Shown: positions 1 through 9,109, numbered from the stretch's first letter. The stretch: DNA of 49,562 nt from Candidatus Sericytochromatia bacterium (GCA_036676495.1 JAKFCT010000007.1:1-49562); one strand, 5' to 3'. The notes: generated by a model from the sequence alone, not told the origin. Program-made: numbers and translations.

Positions 1-375
1 ATGAGCCAGATGGGCAAGATGACCCAGGGCGTCCTGAGCGCGATGGAGCTGATCAACAAGACTCCGTTCGCGGCGAAGATCCCGGGCATCGCGGGCCTGA
101 TCGGCGGCGTGGCCGGCGTCGTGTCGGACATCGGCAGCATGAAGGACGGCGCCTCGCCCTCCGAGATCGTCTCGCTGATCGGCAACGTCTCGGGGACCAT
201 GGCCAACGCGTTGACAGTGATGGCCCCGGCGACCGGCGGCACCAGCCTGGCGGTGGCGGCGGGCCTCAAGGGGGTCTCGCTGGCCATGGACGGGGTGGGC
301 TTCGTCATCAACAACAGCGAGAAAATCGAGGATTGGGGTAAGAAGGCTTGGAACTGGGTTACCGGAAAGGGTTAG
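1..375 (+). CDS. Hypothetical protein, C-terminal part (probably truncated by the window edge); Gly/Ala-rich hydrophobic helices and a Trp-rich tail
   Basis: Open frame from base 1 to TAG at 373-375 with strong GC3 codon bias; no family motif recognised. Confidence 0.7.
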   Translation: MSQMGKMTQGVLSAMELINKTPFAAKIPGIAGLIGGVAGVVSDIGSMKDGASPSEIVSLIGNVSGTMANALTVMAPATGGTSLAVAAGLKGVSLAMDGVGFVINNSEKIEDWGKKAWNWVTGKG

Positions 376-485
376 CGCCTGCGGCTAGTGATTGAGGCTG
401 CGAGCGTTGGCCGTGATGCAGGGCCGCGACGGGAAGCCATCAGGCTCGCAGCCCTGCCGAAACGACGTTAGCTAGAGGAAGGACC

Positions 486-752
486 ATGGCCAAGATTACC
501 TACGATGCCCTGCTCGAGCAGTTCAGCAAGCGAGCGGGCAAGGATGAAGCCAAGAAGCTGCTGAACCTGTCATTGATGCGCCTGGGCCTGTCGCCCGAGT
601 CGGCGTACACGACCGAGGAGGCGCTTCAGATCAATGCCTTGATCCTGGCGGATGCCGCCGAGGAGATGGCCCAGGGGTACATGGGCATGCTGCCGGCGCT
701 GCAGCGCGCCATCGAGGCGGGAATCGACCTCACGCCCGAGGACGACAAGTAA
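486..752 (+). CDS. Small acidic helical hypothetical protein (88 aa)
   Basis: RBS GAGGAAGGA before the ATG, typical codon bias, followed by a strong hairpin. Confidence 0.75.
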   Translation: MAKITYDALLEQFSKRAGKDEAKKLLNLSLMRLGLSPESAYTTEEALQINALILADAAEEMAQGYMGMLPALQRAIEAGIDLTPEDDK

Positions 753-761
753 TCGGATCGC

Positions 762-797
762 GCGAGGCCCCGAAGGCGAGTGCCTTCGGGGCCTCGC
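762..797 (+). terminator. Terminator-like hairpin
   Basis: Perfect 16-bp inverted repeat GCGAGGCCCCGAAGGC-gagt-GCCTTCGGGGCCTCGC just after the stop codon. Confidence 0.7.
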
Positions 798-818
798 CGT
801 CTTGGTCGGCAGGGCGAC

Positions 819-847
819 TTGACAGCCCGTGAATCCTTCGGTAGGAT
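819..847 (+). promoter_or_regulatory. Sigma70-type promoter for the riboswitch/Tim44 transcript
   Basis: TTGACA (819-824), 17 bp spacer, TAGGAT (842-847). Confidence 0.8.
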
Positions 848-867
848 GAGGTCGTGATCGAAAGGTC

Positions 868-990
868 ACGGAGGGGAGTAGCCGCTGCCGCGGGTTTCGG
901 ATCGAAACCGGTGAGACAGCCCAGAGAATCGTCAGTACGGCCAAAAGCCCGGTTCTCTGACCCGAAGACTTCGGGGGGCAAGACCTTGTT
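868..990 (+). ncRNA. yybP-ykoY manganese riboswitch aptamer
   Basis: Hallmarks in the expected order: GGGGAGTAGC, P2 hairpin GGTTTCG/CGAAACC, P3 CAGAGAA-TCGTCAGTAC-GGC..GCC-CGG-TTCTCTG, P4 CCCGAA/TTCGGG, 3' GCAAGACCTT; forms a four-way junction. Confidence 0.85.
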
Positions 991-1038
991 GTAGGATGAG
1001 CAGCGCTCGTTCTCCGAGGTCTTGCCCTCTTTGTTTTT
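975..1038 (+). terminator. Riboswitch expression-platform intrinsic terminator (ON-switch logic)
   Basis: GGGCAAGACCT (3' strand of the aptamer) pairs with AGGTCTTGCCC near 1017-1027, followed by TCTTTGTTTTT. Confidence 0.75.
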
Positions 1039-1076
1039 GGCAACTCGGCGGCGGCTGCACTAGAGGAGGAAACTGA

Positions 1077-2075
1077 TTGAAGTACCGTAAACTCGTGGCA
1101 ATCGCCACCCTGAGCCTGATGATGGGCGGGGTCGCTGGGTCCTTGATGGCCGATCCGGCCGATGCCCGGGCGGGCCGGCGAGGAGGAAGCTTCGGTGGCT
1201 CTTCGTCCTACAAGTCGATGGGCGATCGCGGAAACCGGACCTTCGACCAGGGTCAGCAAAATAAGATGCAAGGCATCACGCAGACCCGTCAGAACGCGAC
1301 CAAGCCGGCCGCGGCGGCGGGCGCCCAGAAGCAGAGCTGGTTCCAGCGTAACCCCCTGATGGCGGGTCTCGTCGGAGCCCTGGCGGGCACGGCCATCGGC
1401 GCCATGCTCTTCAACATGCTCGGCGGCATGGGCGGTCTCGGCGGCATGATGGGCATCCTGGGCTTGCTGCTCCTCGTGGGGCTGGCGTTCATGGCCTTCC
1501 GGATGTTCCGCGCGTCGCGGCAGCCCCAGGCCCAGTTCTCGGGCATGGGCGGCAACGTGACCCCGTTCCAGCGCCCCGACGCTCCGATGGCGGCGACCGC
1601 GACGGCCCCGGCGGCCGGCGGCTATCATCAGACCAAGGAGCAGGGCCTGGCGGCGATCGCCCTCGCCAATCCCAGCTTCCGGACCGAGAACGCCGTCGAT
1701 GAGCTGACCGGCATCTTCTTCCGGGTGCAGGAAGCCTGGAGCGCCAACGACAAGGCGGGCATCCAGGCCGTCACCACCGACGAGATGGCGGACTACTTCG
1801 CGCAGGACCTGGACCTCATGGTCATGAAGGGCGAGCGGAACGTCATCAAGAACATCGTGATCCGCGCCTTCGAGATCGACGAGGCGTGGCAGGAAGCGGA
1901 GTCGGAGTACATCACCGCCAAGATCCAGGCGCGCCTGATCGACTACGTCGAGCGCAACGGCCAGGTCGTGGAGGGAGATCCCCAGCAGCCCACCGACTTC
2001 GCGGAGTTCTGGACCTTCAAGCGCCCGCGCGGCGGCAACGTCTGGAAGCTCTCGGCGGTCAACCAGATCTCCTAA
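1077..2075 (+). CDS. Tim44-like domain membrane protein (TimA/COG4395-like)
   Basis: Signal peptide with ADARAGRRGGSFGG, Gly-rich TM segments, C-terminal Tim44 motifs (FFRVQEAW, FAEFWTFKR..WKLSAVNQ); TTG start with RBS GAGGAGG. Confidence 0.88.
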   Translation: MKYRKLVAIATLSLMMGGVAGSLMADPADARAGRRGGSFGGSSSYKSMGDRGNRTFDQGQQNKMQGITQTRQNATKPAAAAGAQKQSWFQRNPLMAGLVGALAGTAIGAMLFNMLGGMGGLGGMMGILGLLLLVGLAFMAFRMFRASRQPQAQFSGMGGNVTPFQRPDAPMAATATAPAAGGYHQTKEQGLAAIALANPSFRTENAVDELTGIFFRVQEAWSANDKAGIQAVTTDEMADYFAQDLDLMVMKGERNVIKNIVIRAFEIDEAWQEAESEYITAKIQARLIDYVERNGQVVEGDPQQPTDFAEFWTFKRPRGGNVWKLSAVNQIS

Positions 2076-2112
2076 ACGGCTATCGGCGTGGAGCTTGGGT
2101 CCGCGCCGCAAC

Positions 2113-2147
2113 GAGGGGAGGCCCCATGGGGCCTCCCCTCGCCCTTT
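2113..2147 (+). terminator. Terminator-like hairpin after the Tim44 gene
   Basis: GAGGGGAGGCCCC-AT-GGGGCCTCCCCTC followed by a short T run. Confidence 0.6.
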
Positions 2148-2279
2148 TGGGGGATGGGGTCATGTCGGCCAAGGAGTTTCGACATGGCCGACGATGACGC
2201 GGGAGCGCGCAGGCGCTAACGTGGTGGCAAGCAACCTGTCGCAAGCCCCTCGTCCCCTTCATCGTCCAGGAGATGTGCC

Positions 2280-2783
2280 ATGTTTCGTCGATGGTTCCTG
2301 CTCGGATCCCTGATCCTCGTCGTGGGGGGGCTCGTCAAGGCGGAGATCCTCCAGCTCGCCTGGCCACCGCTGTCCTTTCAGGCTCCCGCGAGCGCGGAAT
2401 CCGCCGAGGCGGAGTCCGCCGAGGTGGTCTTCATCACGGCCGAGGCGCTCAAGAAGCGCCTGGATCTGGGCGAGGAGATCCTGGTGGGCGACGTCCGGCG
2501 CAAGGCGTCCTACGACAAGCTTCACCTGCCCGGGGCGCTGTCGCTGCCCATGGACGACCATCCCCGCTGGGCTCCCACGCTCTCCAAGGACGTGCCCTTG
2601 GTTCTCTACTGCGCCTGCGAGGGAGACGAAAGTAGCGCGCGGGCCGCGCGGGAGATCCGCAAGCGTTACCGCCATGAGCGGGTCATGGTCCTCCAAGGGG
2701 GGCTGGGCAGCTGGGTGGACGCCGGTTACCCCATCTTCGAGAAGAAGCCTCCGGCGAGCCTTCCCAAGGTGCGACTCCAGTAA
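2280..2783 (+). CDS. Exported/membrane-anchored rhodanese-like domain protein
   Basis: N-terminal hydrophobic segment; DVR..SY...HLPGALSLP, VLYCAC, VLQGGLGSW..AGYP motifs. Confidence 0.85.
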   Translation: MFRRWFLLGSLILVVGGLVKAEILQLAWPPLSFQAPASAESAEAESAEVVFITAEALKKRLDLGEEILVGDVRRKASYDKLHLPGALSLPMDDHPRWAPTLSKDVPLVLYCACEGDESSARAAREIRKRYRHERVMVLQGGLGSWVDAGYPIFEKKPPASLPKVRLQ

Positions 2784-2784
2784 G

Positions 2785-2840
2785 CCCCTTCAAGCAAGCA
2801 GCCCGCCTCCCTGGGGAGGCGGGCTGCTTGCTTGAAGGGG
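2785..2840. terminator. Long perfect inverted repeat between convergent genes (probable bidirectional terminator)
   Basis: 27-nt arms CCCCTTCAAGCAAGCAGCCCGCCTCCC / GGGAGGCGGGCTGCTTGCTTGAAGGGG separated by TG. Confidence 0.7.
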
Positions 2841-2872
2841 TCAGGACCGAGTCCTGACGCAACGAGCGTTGC

Positions 2873-3604
2873 TTAGAAGGCGTGCTCGAGGTAGAGCGGC
2901 ATCATGCGACGCCAGGTGGTCCAGTCGTGGCGCATGTCGTGGCCCCAGAGGTCGAGGTTGTGGGGGATGCCCTTCTGGCTCAAGAGCCAGGAGAGGTGCT
3001 TGGACTGGCCGGGGGCCTCGTAGTCGCCCTGGCCGGTGAGGATGTGGATGTGCCGCTTGGAGCGCAGCCGATCCAGGTACCAGGGATCGTTGAGGTTCTT
3101 GAGGTAGGCGAAGGGCGAGTTGAAGTAGACGTTCTCGTCCATGTAGTCGCCGACCCAGGGACGCAGGTCGTAGGCGCCGCTCATCGCGATGGTGCCGTCG
3201 AAGAGGTCGGGGTGCTTGAGCAGGAAGTTCATCGCGTGGTAGGCACCCATCGAGGCGCCCGTCGTGATGATGCCCTGGCGGCTGCGCTGGTGGTTCCAGA
3301 TGAAGGGGACGACTTCCCGGGTGACGTAGGAGTCGTAGAAGCCGTGCTTGTAGGCGCGGTCGCCGGGGTGGGCCCGGTTGTTCATCCAGGTGTGGGCGTT
3401 GACCGAGTCGATCGAGTAGACCTTGACCTTGCCGGCGTCGATCCAGGGCCGCATCACGCTCAGCAGGTAGAAGCGCTCGTACTCCTCGAAGTCCGCCGCG
3501 GCGGTCGGGAACATGAGCAGGGGGAAGCCGTAATGCCCGTAGACGGCAATCGGCATCGTCTTGCCAATGCTGGGGCTATACCAGGAATGAACTTCTTTTT
3601 TCAT
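2873..3604 (-). CDS. Alpha/beta-hydrolase esterase family protein (COG4947-like)
   Basis: GASMGAYHA nucleophile elbow, YGHYG..LLMFPT, C-terminal WGHD..HDW..WR motif. Confidence 0.85.
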   Translation of the reverse strand: MKKEVHSWYSPSIGKTMPIAVYGHYGFPLLMFPTAAADFEEYERFYLLSVMRPWIDAGKVKVYSIDSVNAHTWMNNRAHPGDRAYKHGFYDSYVTREVVPFIWNHQRSRQGIITTGASMGAYHAMNFLLKHPDLFDGTIAMSGAYDLRPWVGDYMDENVYFNSPFAYLKNLNDPWYLDRLRSKRHIHILTGQGDYEAPGQSKHLSWLLSQKGIPHNLDLWGHDMRHDWTTWRRMMPLYLEHAF

Positions 3605-3843
3605 GACCTTCCGTTCTCGCTACGACGGTGGTGACGCTACGCGGGCCGGCTTCACATGACACAGAGGCGACCCATCGCTTAAGGCTATTTTAACCACAAA
3701 GCCATGGATTTGTCGCCCCTGGATCTCGGGCTTAAGACCAAGGAGGCAGGCGCTCGATTCCCCTAGATTAGCATTGGAGGGGCGTTCTGGCGAGGCGTTG
3801 GGGCCAATTGGGAGGCCGTGGCTCGTCTCCGGCCGGTATCGCT

Positions 3844-3852
3844 TGCTATAAT
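3844..3852 (+). promoter_or_regulatory. Extended -10 promoter upstream of the exonuclease
   Basis: TGcTATAAT about 85 bp upstream of the ATG at 3937. Confidence 0.55.
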
Positions 3853-3936
3853 GACCTCGTCGCGCCGTCCCCGCTGCCGGCCCGAGAGGGGCCGCGAACG
3901 CGTCCCGGCCTTCCCCTTCGAGCCCCAGGAGTAGCC

Positions 3937-4512
3937 ATGAGCACGCCCACCAAGTTCTTCGTCTTCGACTTCGAGACCACCGGCACGGATCCGAGCAAGC
4001 ACGCCCCGATCGAGATCGCGGCCATCGTCCTCGACATGGCGACCCTCAAGGAGGTCGACCGCTTCGAGACCCTGATGAAGCCCTTCGAGGGGGCCGCGAT
4101 CGAAAAGGAAGCCATGGCGGTCAACGGGATCACCCCGGAGCAGCTCAAGACCGCCCCCGAGCCGGAGGTCGCCTTCCGGAACCTCAAGGCCTTCGCCGAG
4201 CGCCACGGCATGATGTACGCGGTGGCTCATAACATCGACTTCGACTGGGACTTCCTCAAGGCCGCCGAGGTGCGCCACAAGATCTGGGCGGTTCCCCTGG
4301 AGAAGTGCAAGATCGACACGCAGGCCCTGGCCATCTGGACCCTGGGACGCCCCGGCCAGCTGAAGACCTTCGGCCTGAAGAGCTTGCTCAACCACTTCAA
4401 CCTGGACAAGGCGGGCCATCACCGCGCGATGTTCGACGTCGAGCAGCTCTGCGAGGTCATGCGCAAGCTCGCGGACTTCAAGCCCGCCATGCAGATGGGG
4501 CTCTTCGGCTAA
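3937..4512 (+). CDS. DEDDh 3'-5' exonuclease (DnaQ/epsilon-like)
   Basis: ExoI DFETTG, ExoII AHNIDFD, ExoIII HRAMFDV; RBS AGGAG; C-terminal QMGLF. Confidence 0.88.
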   Translation: MSTPTKFFVFDFETTGTDPSKHAPIEIAAIVLDMATLKEVDRFETLMKPFEGAAIEKEAMAVNGITPEQLKTAPEPEVAFRNLKAFAERHGMMYAVAHNIDFDWDFLKAAEVRHKIWAVPLEKCKIDTQALAIWTLGRPGQLKTFGLKSLLNHFNLDKAGHHRAMFDVEQLCEVMRKLADFKPAMQMGLFG

Positions 4513-4889
4513 TGGCGGCCCTCGACGACTTCAAGGCTCGCCTGGAGGCCCAGGGCGGGCGGCTCGGGGCGGAGGACGCGGATTTGGCGATCGCCGTCCT
4601 GCGCGACTACCTCGAGGCCGGCGCCCCCCAGGGCCGGGGCCTGCGGTCGCTCACGCGCCAGTTCCGGCCCGCCGACGCGATCGGGGTCGACCTCAGCTAC
4701 CTCTTCGTGATCGTGGTGGACGCCGCCAACCACGCGGGCCGCAACCAGCCGGTCGTCGACTTCGCGCATTCCGACTCGCCCCTGGCCTCCCAGGTCCAGG
4801 GCCTTGCGGAGATCCTGACCTCGGAAGCCTATGCCGAGAAGGTGGGCTGGCGGCCGGCCCGCCGCGGAGACAAGCCCCCCCAGGCCTGA
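4512..4889 (+). CDS. Hypothetical protein (125 aa), translationally coupled to the exonuclease
   Basis: TAATG stop/start overlap, good codon bias; the ORF-track start at 4305 is an upstream extension. Confidence 0.7.
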   Translation: MAALDDFKARLEAQGGRLGAEDADLAIAVLRDYLEAGAPQGRGLRSLTRQFRPADAIGVDLSYLFVIVVDAANHAGRNQPVVDFAHSDSPLASQVQGLAEILTSEAYAEKVGWRPARRGDKPPQA

Positions 4890-4986
4890 TTGCCCCTTTT
4901 TCGAATCGTCCAGGAGGCCCCTTGCGCGTCGGCGCGAGGGGCCTTAGGCTGTCGCCAAGGGCATCCCGCGGGGAGAGGAGGTCTCC

Positions 4987-7900
4987 ATGCCGATCGCCCA
5001 CCGGCCCTTCTCACTGGTCGTCTTCGACTGGGACGGCACCGCCGTGGCCGACCGCCGGGAGGACGCCACCGAACTCCGCGAGCGTCTCCTGGCCCTCCTG
5101 AACCACGGGGTGGCTCTCGTCATCGTCACGGGCACGAACATCCGCCACATCACCTCCCAGCTCGCCCTGGAGGGCCAACGCCTGCCTCGCGGCCGCCTCT
5201 ACGCCGCGACCAACCGCGGCTCCGAGGTCTACGCCTTCTTGCCCGACGGCCGCCCCGAGGCCCTCGTCACGCGGCAGGCCACCCTTGCGGAGAATGACGC
5301 CCTCGATCGCATCGCCACGCGCCTCCAGCACGCGCTGCGCGCCCGCAGCGGCCTCGACATCACAGTCGTCTTCGATCGCCTCAACCGCCGCAAGGTCGAT
5401 CTCATCCCCCTGCCCGAGTGGCGCGATCCTCCCAAGGCCCGGATCGACGAGCTGCTCGAGGCCGTCACCCGCCGCTTCCGGGAGGCCGGGATGCCCGACG
5501 GCCTCCGCGTCGCGATCGCCGAGGCCGCGCGCATCGCCCGCGAGGAAGGCCTGCCCGACGCCCGGATCACCAGCGACGTCAAGCACGTCGAGATCGGCCT
5601 CACGGACAAGGGGGACTCCATGGCCTGGGTCCTGCGTGAGCTCGCCCCCGCCATGGGCCTTCCGACCGAGGCCATCTTGGTGGGAGGAGACGAGTTCGGC
5701 CCCCTCGCGGGCTTCCTCGGCAGCGATTCGCAGATGCGCCTTCCGGAGGCCTCTGGAGCGACCTTCGTCTCGGTCGGAAGAGAGCCCAACGGCGTGCCGC
5801 CGGGCGTCATCCACCTGGGAGGCGGGCCCGTCCGCTTCAAGGCTCTCCTGGAGGACCTGGCGAAACACAAGCTCCCGGCCCTTCCCACGATCTTCATCCC
5901 TACCCTGGATCGGTGCTGGCACCTGCGTGAGGACGGCTTCCTGCCGCAGTCCGAGCACGAGGTGGAGTCGCGCTTCGCGCTATCCAACGGCTACTCCGGC
6001 ACCCGGGGCTCGCTCATGGAGGAAGGGCCCTTCTCGCGCGCCGGAAGCTTCCTCGCCGGCGTCTTCGACCCCGGCCGAGCCGGCTTTCCCGAGCTCGTGC
6101 TCGCCCCCTTCTGGCCGGCCCTCCGGGTCGAGGTCGGAGGAGAGCCCCTCCGGCTCGATGCCGGCGAGATCCTCGCTCAAAGGCGCACGCTCGACATGCG
6201 CCGAGGCATGCTCATGAGGGCCTGGCGGCACCGCAGCCCCGAAGGCCGGATCACCCGCGTCCACGAGGTCCGCTGGGCCTCCTTGGCCGATCGGCATGCC
6301 TTCTTCCAGGAAGTCTGGCTCGTCCCCGAAAACTACTCAGGCCCGCTGCTCCTAACGGGAGCGCTCGACGGAGTGATCCGCGACCTCGAGGGAGAGGTTC
6401 ATCTCGAGCCCGTGAGCGCCGACGCCTCCCCGCTGCTGGTGCTTCAGACCCGCCATTCCGGGGTCAAGCTGGCGTTCGCCGGAGCTTTCGAGAGCGTTCC
6501 GCCGCGCGAGCCCGAGCCGCGGATCCAGGGGGCGCGCGTGGAACAGCGCTGGAACCACCTGGGAGGCGTGGACGATCCCTTCCTCCTCAGGCGGGCCGCC
6601 GTGGCCTACACCAACCGGGACGGGCTCGACCCCGCCGCCTCCGCGCGCGCGCATGCCGACGATCTCCGGCCCCTCGACATGGAGGGGCGCGCCGCCGATC
6701 ATGAGGCGACATGGAGCGCGGCCTGGGAAGACGCGGATGTGCGGATCGCGGGCGATCCGGAAGCCCAGCGGGCCCTTCGCTTCGCCCTGTTTCACCTGAT
6801 CGGGGCCGCCAATCCGGACGATCCCCGGGTCTCCATCGGAGCGCGGGCCCTGTCGGGCGAGGGCTACAAGGGCCATGTCTTCTGGGATACCGAGCTCTAC
6901 ATGCTGCCCTTCTACATTCACACCCAGCCCCATGCCGCCCGGGCCCTCCTCATGTATCGCTACGTCACCCTCGACGGAGCGCGCCGGCGAGCCCAGGAAT
7001 GGGGTTACCGGGGAGCGCTCTATGCCTGGGAATCGACCGATACCGGGGAAGAGGCCTCCCCGGAGATGGTGATCGGCTTCGACGGGCTGCCGATCCCGAT
7101 CATGACCGGGAAGATGGCGCATCACGTCAATGCCGCGGTGGTCTTCGCCATCTGGAAGTACTGGGAGGCCACGCAGGACCAGGACTTCATGGTGGAGGCG
7201 GGAACCGAGATCGTCCTGGAGGTCGCGCGCTTCTGGGAAAGCCGGGTCGAATCCGACGCCCGCGGCGCGTACCATATCCGGCACGTGGTGGGCCCCGACG
7301 AGTACCACGAGGACGTCGACGACAACGCCTACACCAACGAGATGGCCCGGTTTTGCCTGGAGCTGGGCGTCCGCTTCGCCAGGTCGCTGGTGCTGCGGCT
7401 GCCGGCGGTCTGGGCGGCCCTCGCGGAGCGCCTGGAGGTGAGCGAGGCCTCCGTGTCGGCGTGGCAGGAAATCGCCCGCCGCCTGGTCACGGGCTTCGAC
7501 CCCGCGCGCGGGATGCACGAGCAATTCGCGGGCTACTTCGGCTTGAAGGACGTGGACCTCACCTCCTACGCCTCCCGCACGATTCCCATGGACGTGATCC
7601 TGGGCCGCGCCATCCGGGAGACGCAGGTCATCAAGCAGGCGGACGTCATCATGCTCATGCGGTTGCTCTGGGACCGCTTTCCGCCGGCGGTTCGCGAGGC
7701 GAACTTCCGTTACTACGAGCCCCGGACGGGGCATGGGAGCTCGCTTTCTCCGGGAGTGCACGCGCTGGTCGCCGCCCGCCTGGGAGACGCGGCCCTCGCG
7801 ATGCGCTACTTCCGCTTCGCTGCGGCGATCGACCTCAGCAACCGCATGGGCAACGCCTCGGAAGGCATTCATGCCGCAGCCCTCGGCTGCCTCTGGCAGG

Positions 7901-8175
7901 CGGTCGTCTTCGGCTTCGCGGGGATTTACCTTCAGGAGGAGGCTTTGGCGCTGGATCCCACGTTGCCTTCGGAATGGAGCGCGCTGGAGTTCCCCTTCCA
8001 GTACCGTGGCCAGCGCCTACGCGTCGCGCTGACGCCCAAGGAGCTCGTGATCGACAGCCCCGGGCCGGTCCCCGTGCGGTTGGGGACGGAGGGAATCCGG
8101 GAGTTGGCGCCTGGCAGCCACCGGGCGCGCTGCGAAGGAGGATCATGGAAATGGCTGACCGATTCGTCCCCCTAG
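4987..8175 (+). CDS. HAD-family hydrolase fused to a GH65 disaccharide phosphorylase (trehalose/kojibiose/maltose phosphorylase-like)
   Basis: N-terminal FDWDGT, VTGT, DKGD and GDEF HAD motifs; GH65 motifs SNGYSGTRG, GYKGHVFWDTE, GPDEYHEDVDDNAYTN, KQADV, HGSSLS. Confidence 0.9.
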   Translation: MPIAHRPFSLVVFDWDGTAVADRREDATELRERLLALLNHGVALVIVTGTNIRHITSQLALEGQRLPRGRLYAATNRGSEVYAFLPDGRPEALVTRQATLAENDALDRIATRLQHALRARSGLDITVVFDRLNRRKVDLIPLPEWRDPPKARIDELLEAVTRRFREAGMPDGLRVAIAEAARIAREEGLPDARITSDVKHVEIGLTDKGDSMAWVLRELAPAMGLPTEAILVGGDEFGPLAGFLGSDSQMRLPEASGATFVSVGREPNGVPPGVIHLGGGPVRFKALLEDLAKHKLPALPTIFIPTLDRCWHLREDGFLPQSEHEVESRFALSNGYSGTRGSLMEEGPFSRAGSFLAGVFDPGRAGFPELVLAPFWPALRVEVGGEPLRLDAGEILAQRRTLDMRRGMLMRAWRHRSPEGRITRVHEVRWASLADRHAFFQEVWLVPENYSGPLLLTGALDGVIRDLEGEVHLEPVSADASPLLVLQTRHSGVKLAFAGAFESVPPREPEPRIQGARVEQRWNHLGGVDDPFLLRRAAVAYTNRDGLDPAASARAHADDLRPLDMEGRAADHEATWSAAWEDADVRIAGDPEAQRALRFALFHLIGAANPDDPRVSIGARALSGEGYKGHVFWDTELYMLPFYIHTQPHAARALLMYRYVTLDGARRRAQEWGYRGALYAWESTDTGEEASPEMVIGFDGLPIPIMTGKMAHHVNAAVVFAIWKYWEATQDQDFMVEAGTEIVLEVARFWESRVESDARGAYHIRHVVGPDEYHEDVDDNAYTNEMARFCLELGVRFARSLVLRLPAVWAALAERLEVSEASVSAWQEIARRLVTGFDPARGMHEQFAGYFGLKDVDLTSYASRTIPMDVILGRAIRETQVIKQADVIMLMRLLWDRFPPAVREANFRYYEPRTGHGSSLSPGVHALVAARLGDAALAMRYFRFAAAIDLSNRMGNASEGIHAAALGCLWQAVVFGFAGIYLQEEALALDPTLPSEWSALEFPFQYRGQRLRVALTPKELVIDSPGPVPVRLGTEGIRELAPGSHRARCEGGSWKWLTDSSP

Positions 8176-8984
8176 CCGAAGGCCCGATCCTCGTCGCGCT
8201 GAGCGAGCCGCGCCATGCCCGTTCGGCGCTGGCCGTCGCGAGGACGCTCTGCGCGCAGGTGGATCGAAGCGTCATCCTGCTTCATGCCAGCATCCCGGCG
8301 ATACCCTCGGAGGAACTGCTGGAGCATCTCGGCCTGACCTCCCAGGAGCTGATGGGCTTCGTCATCGAGCCGCTCGAAGGGCCGCCTGAATCGGTGATCC
8401 CGGAGTATGCGCGCGCGCGCCATGCCAGCCTGCTGATCCTCGGGCTGGGGGCGGAGGGCGCGGAGCCGGGGAGGGTCGTGCGGCGGCTGCTGACCGAGGC
8501 ACCCTGTCCAATTCTTTTCGTGCCCCCCGAGCTGCGCGACCACTGGGGGGAAGACGGCAAGGTCCTCTTGCCCCTCGACGGCACCCCGAGCACCTCGGCG
8601 GTGGCGCCCCTGGCCATCGACATGGCCGTCCGGAGCGGCGCCGAGCTCGAGATCCTCTACGTGGGGATGGCCTTCCCCCCCAGCGAGCCCGGCTCCATGG
8701 CCCTTCCCTCGTTCATCGATCAGCCCCAGTACGAGTGGGCCCGCTGGAAGCGGGAGTTTCTCTATCGCTTCGGCGAATGCCACTGGGGCGGAAAGCTGCC
8801 CGTCGATACCCAGCTCGTCCTCGACACGGGAAATCCGGGCGACGCCATCCTCGAACTGGCCGAGCGCCATGGCCCCGATCTCATCGTGATCGGCTGGCAT
8901 GGCGAGCTATCGCACTCCCACGCGCGCACCTTGAGGACCTTGCTCGCCAAGGCGCACTGGGTGCTCCTGGTCGCCCGGGTCTAG
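8151..8984 (+). CDS. Tandem universal stress protein (UspA-like)
   Basis: Two USP repeats (ILVAL..APCPILFVP; VLLPLDG..GNPGDAIL..DLIVIG); overlaps the GH65 stop; RBS GAAGGAGG; alternative ATG at 8145. Confidence 0.82.
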   Translation: MADRFVPLAEGPILVALSEPRHARSALAVARTLCAQVDRSVILLHASIPAIPSEELLEHLGLTSQELMGFVIEPLEGPPESVIPEYARARHASLLILGLGAEGAEPGRVVRRLLTEAPCPILFVPPELRDHWGEDGKVLLPLDGTPSTSAVAPLAIDMAVRSGAELEILYVGMAFPPSEPGSMALPSFIDQPQYEWARWKREFLYRFGECHWGGKLPVDTQLVLDTGNPGDAILELAERHGPDLIVIGWHGELSHSHARTLRTLLAKAHWVLLVARV

Positions 8985-9109
8985 TGGGGTGCCCGATCTC
9001 CGACGTGAACGTCAGCATGCAACGTGACAACCCTTGGCCTGGTGCATTTAGGATGGGGCGGTACGGCAAATCCCCAACTTGCCTGCCAAGGCTACAGGGA
9101 GGAACTCGC

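Noticed and set aside
397-452. GGCTGCGAGC/GCTCGCAGCC inverted repeat as a structured RNA
   Set aside because: Only a 10-bp stem with no recognisable riboswitch or ncRNA motif
570-2111. 513-aa minus-strand ORF
   Set aside because: Antisense shadow of the Tim44 gene and riboswitch; no motifs; expected in high-GC DNA
6711-8150. Long N-terminal extension of the USP ORF (757 aa in the track)
   Set aside because: Out-of-frame overlap with GH65; the real start is at 8145/8151 behind a strong RBS
9060-9102. GGCAAA...GCCAAGGCTACAGGG, loosely like a c-di-GMP-I riboswitch
   Set aside because: No GNRA-capped P2 stem and no room for P3 before the RBS
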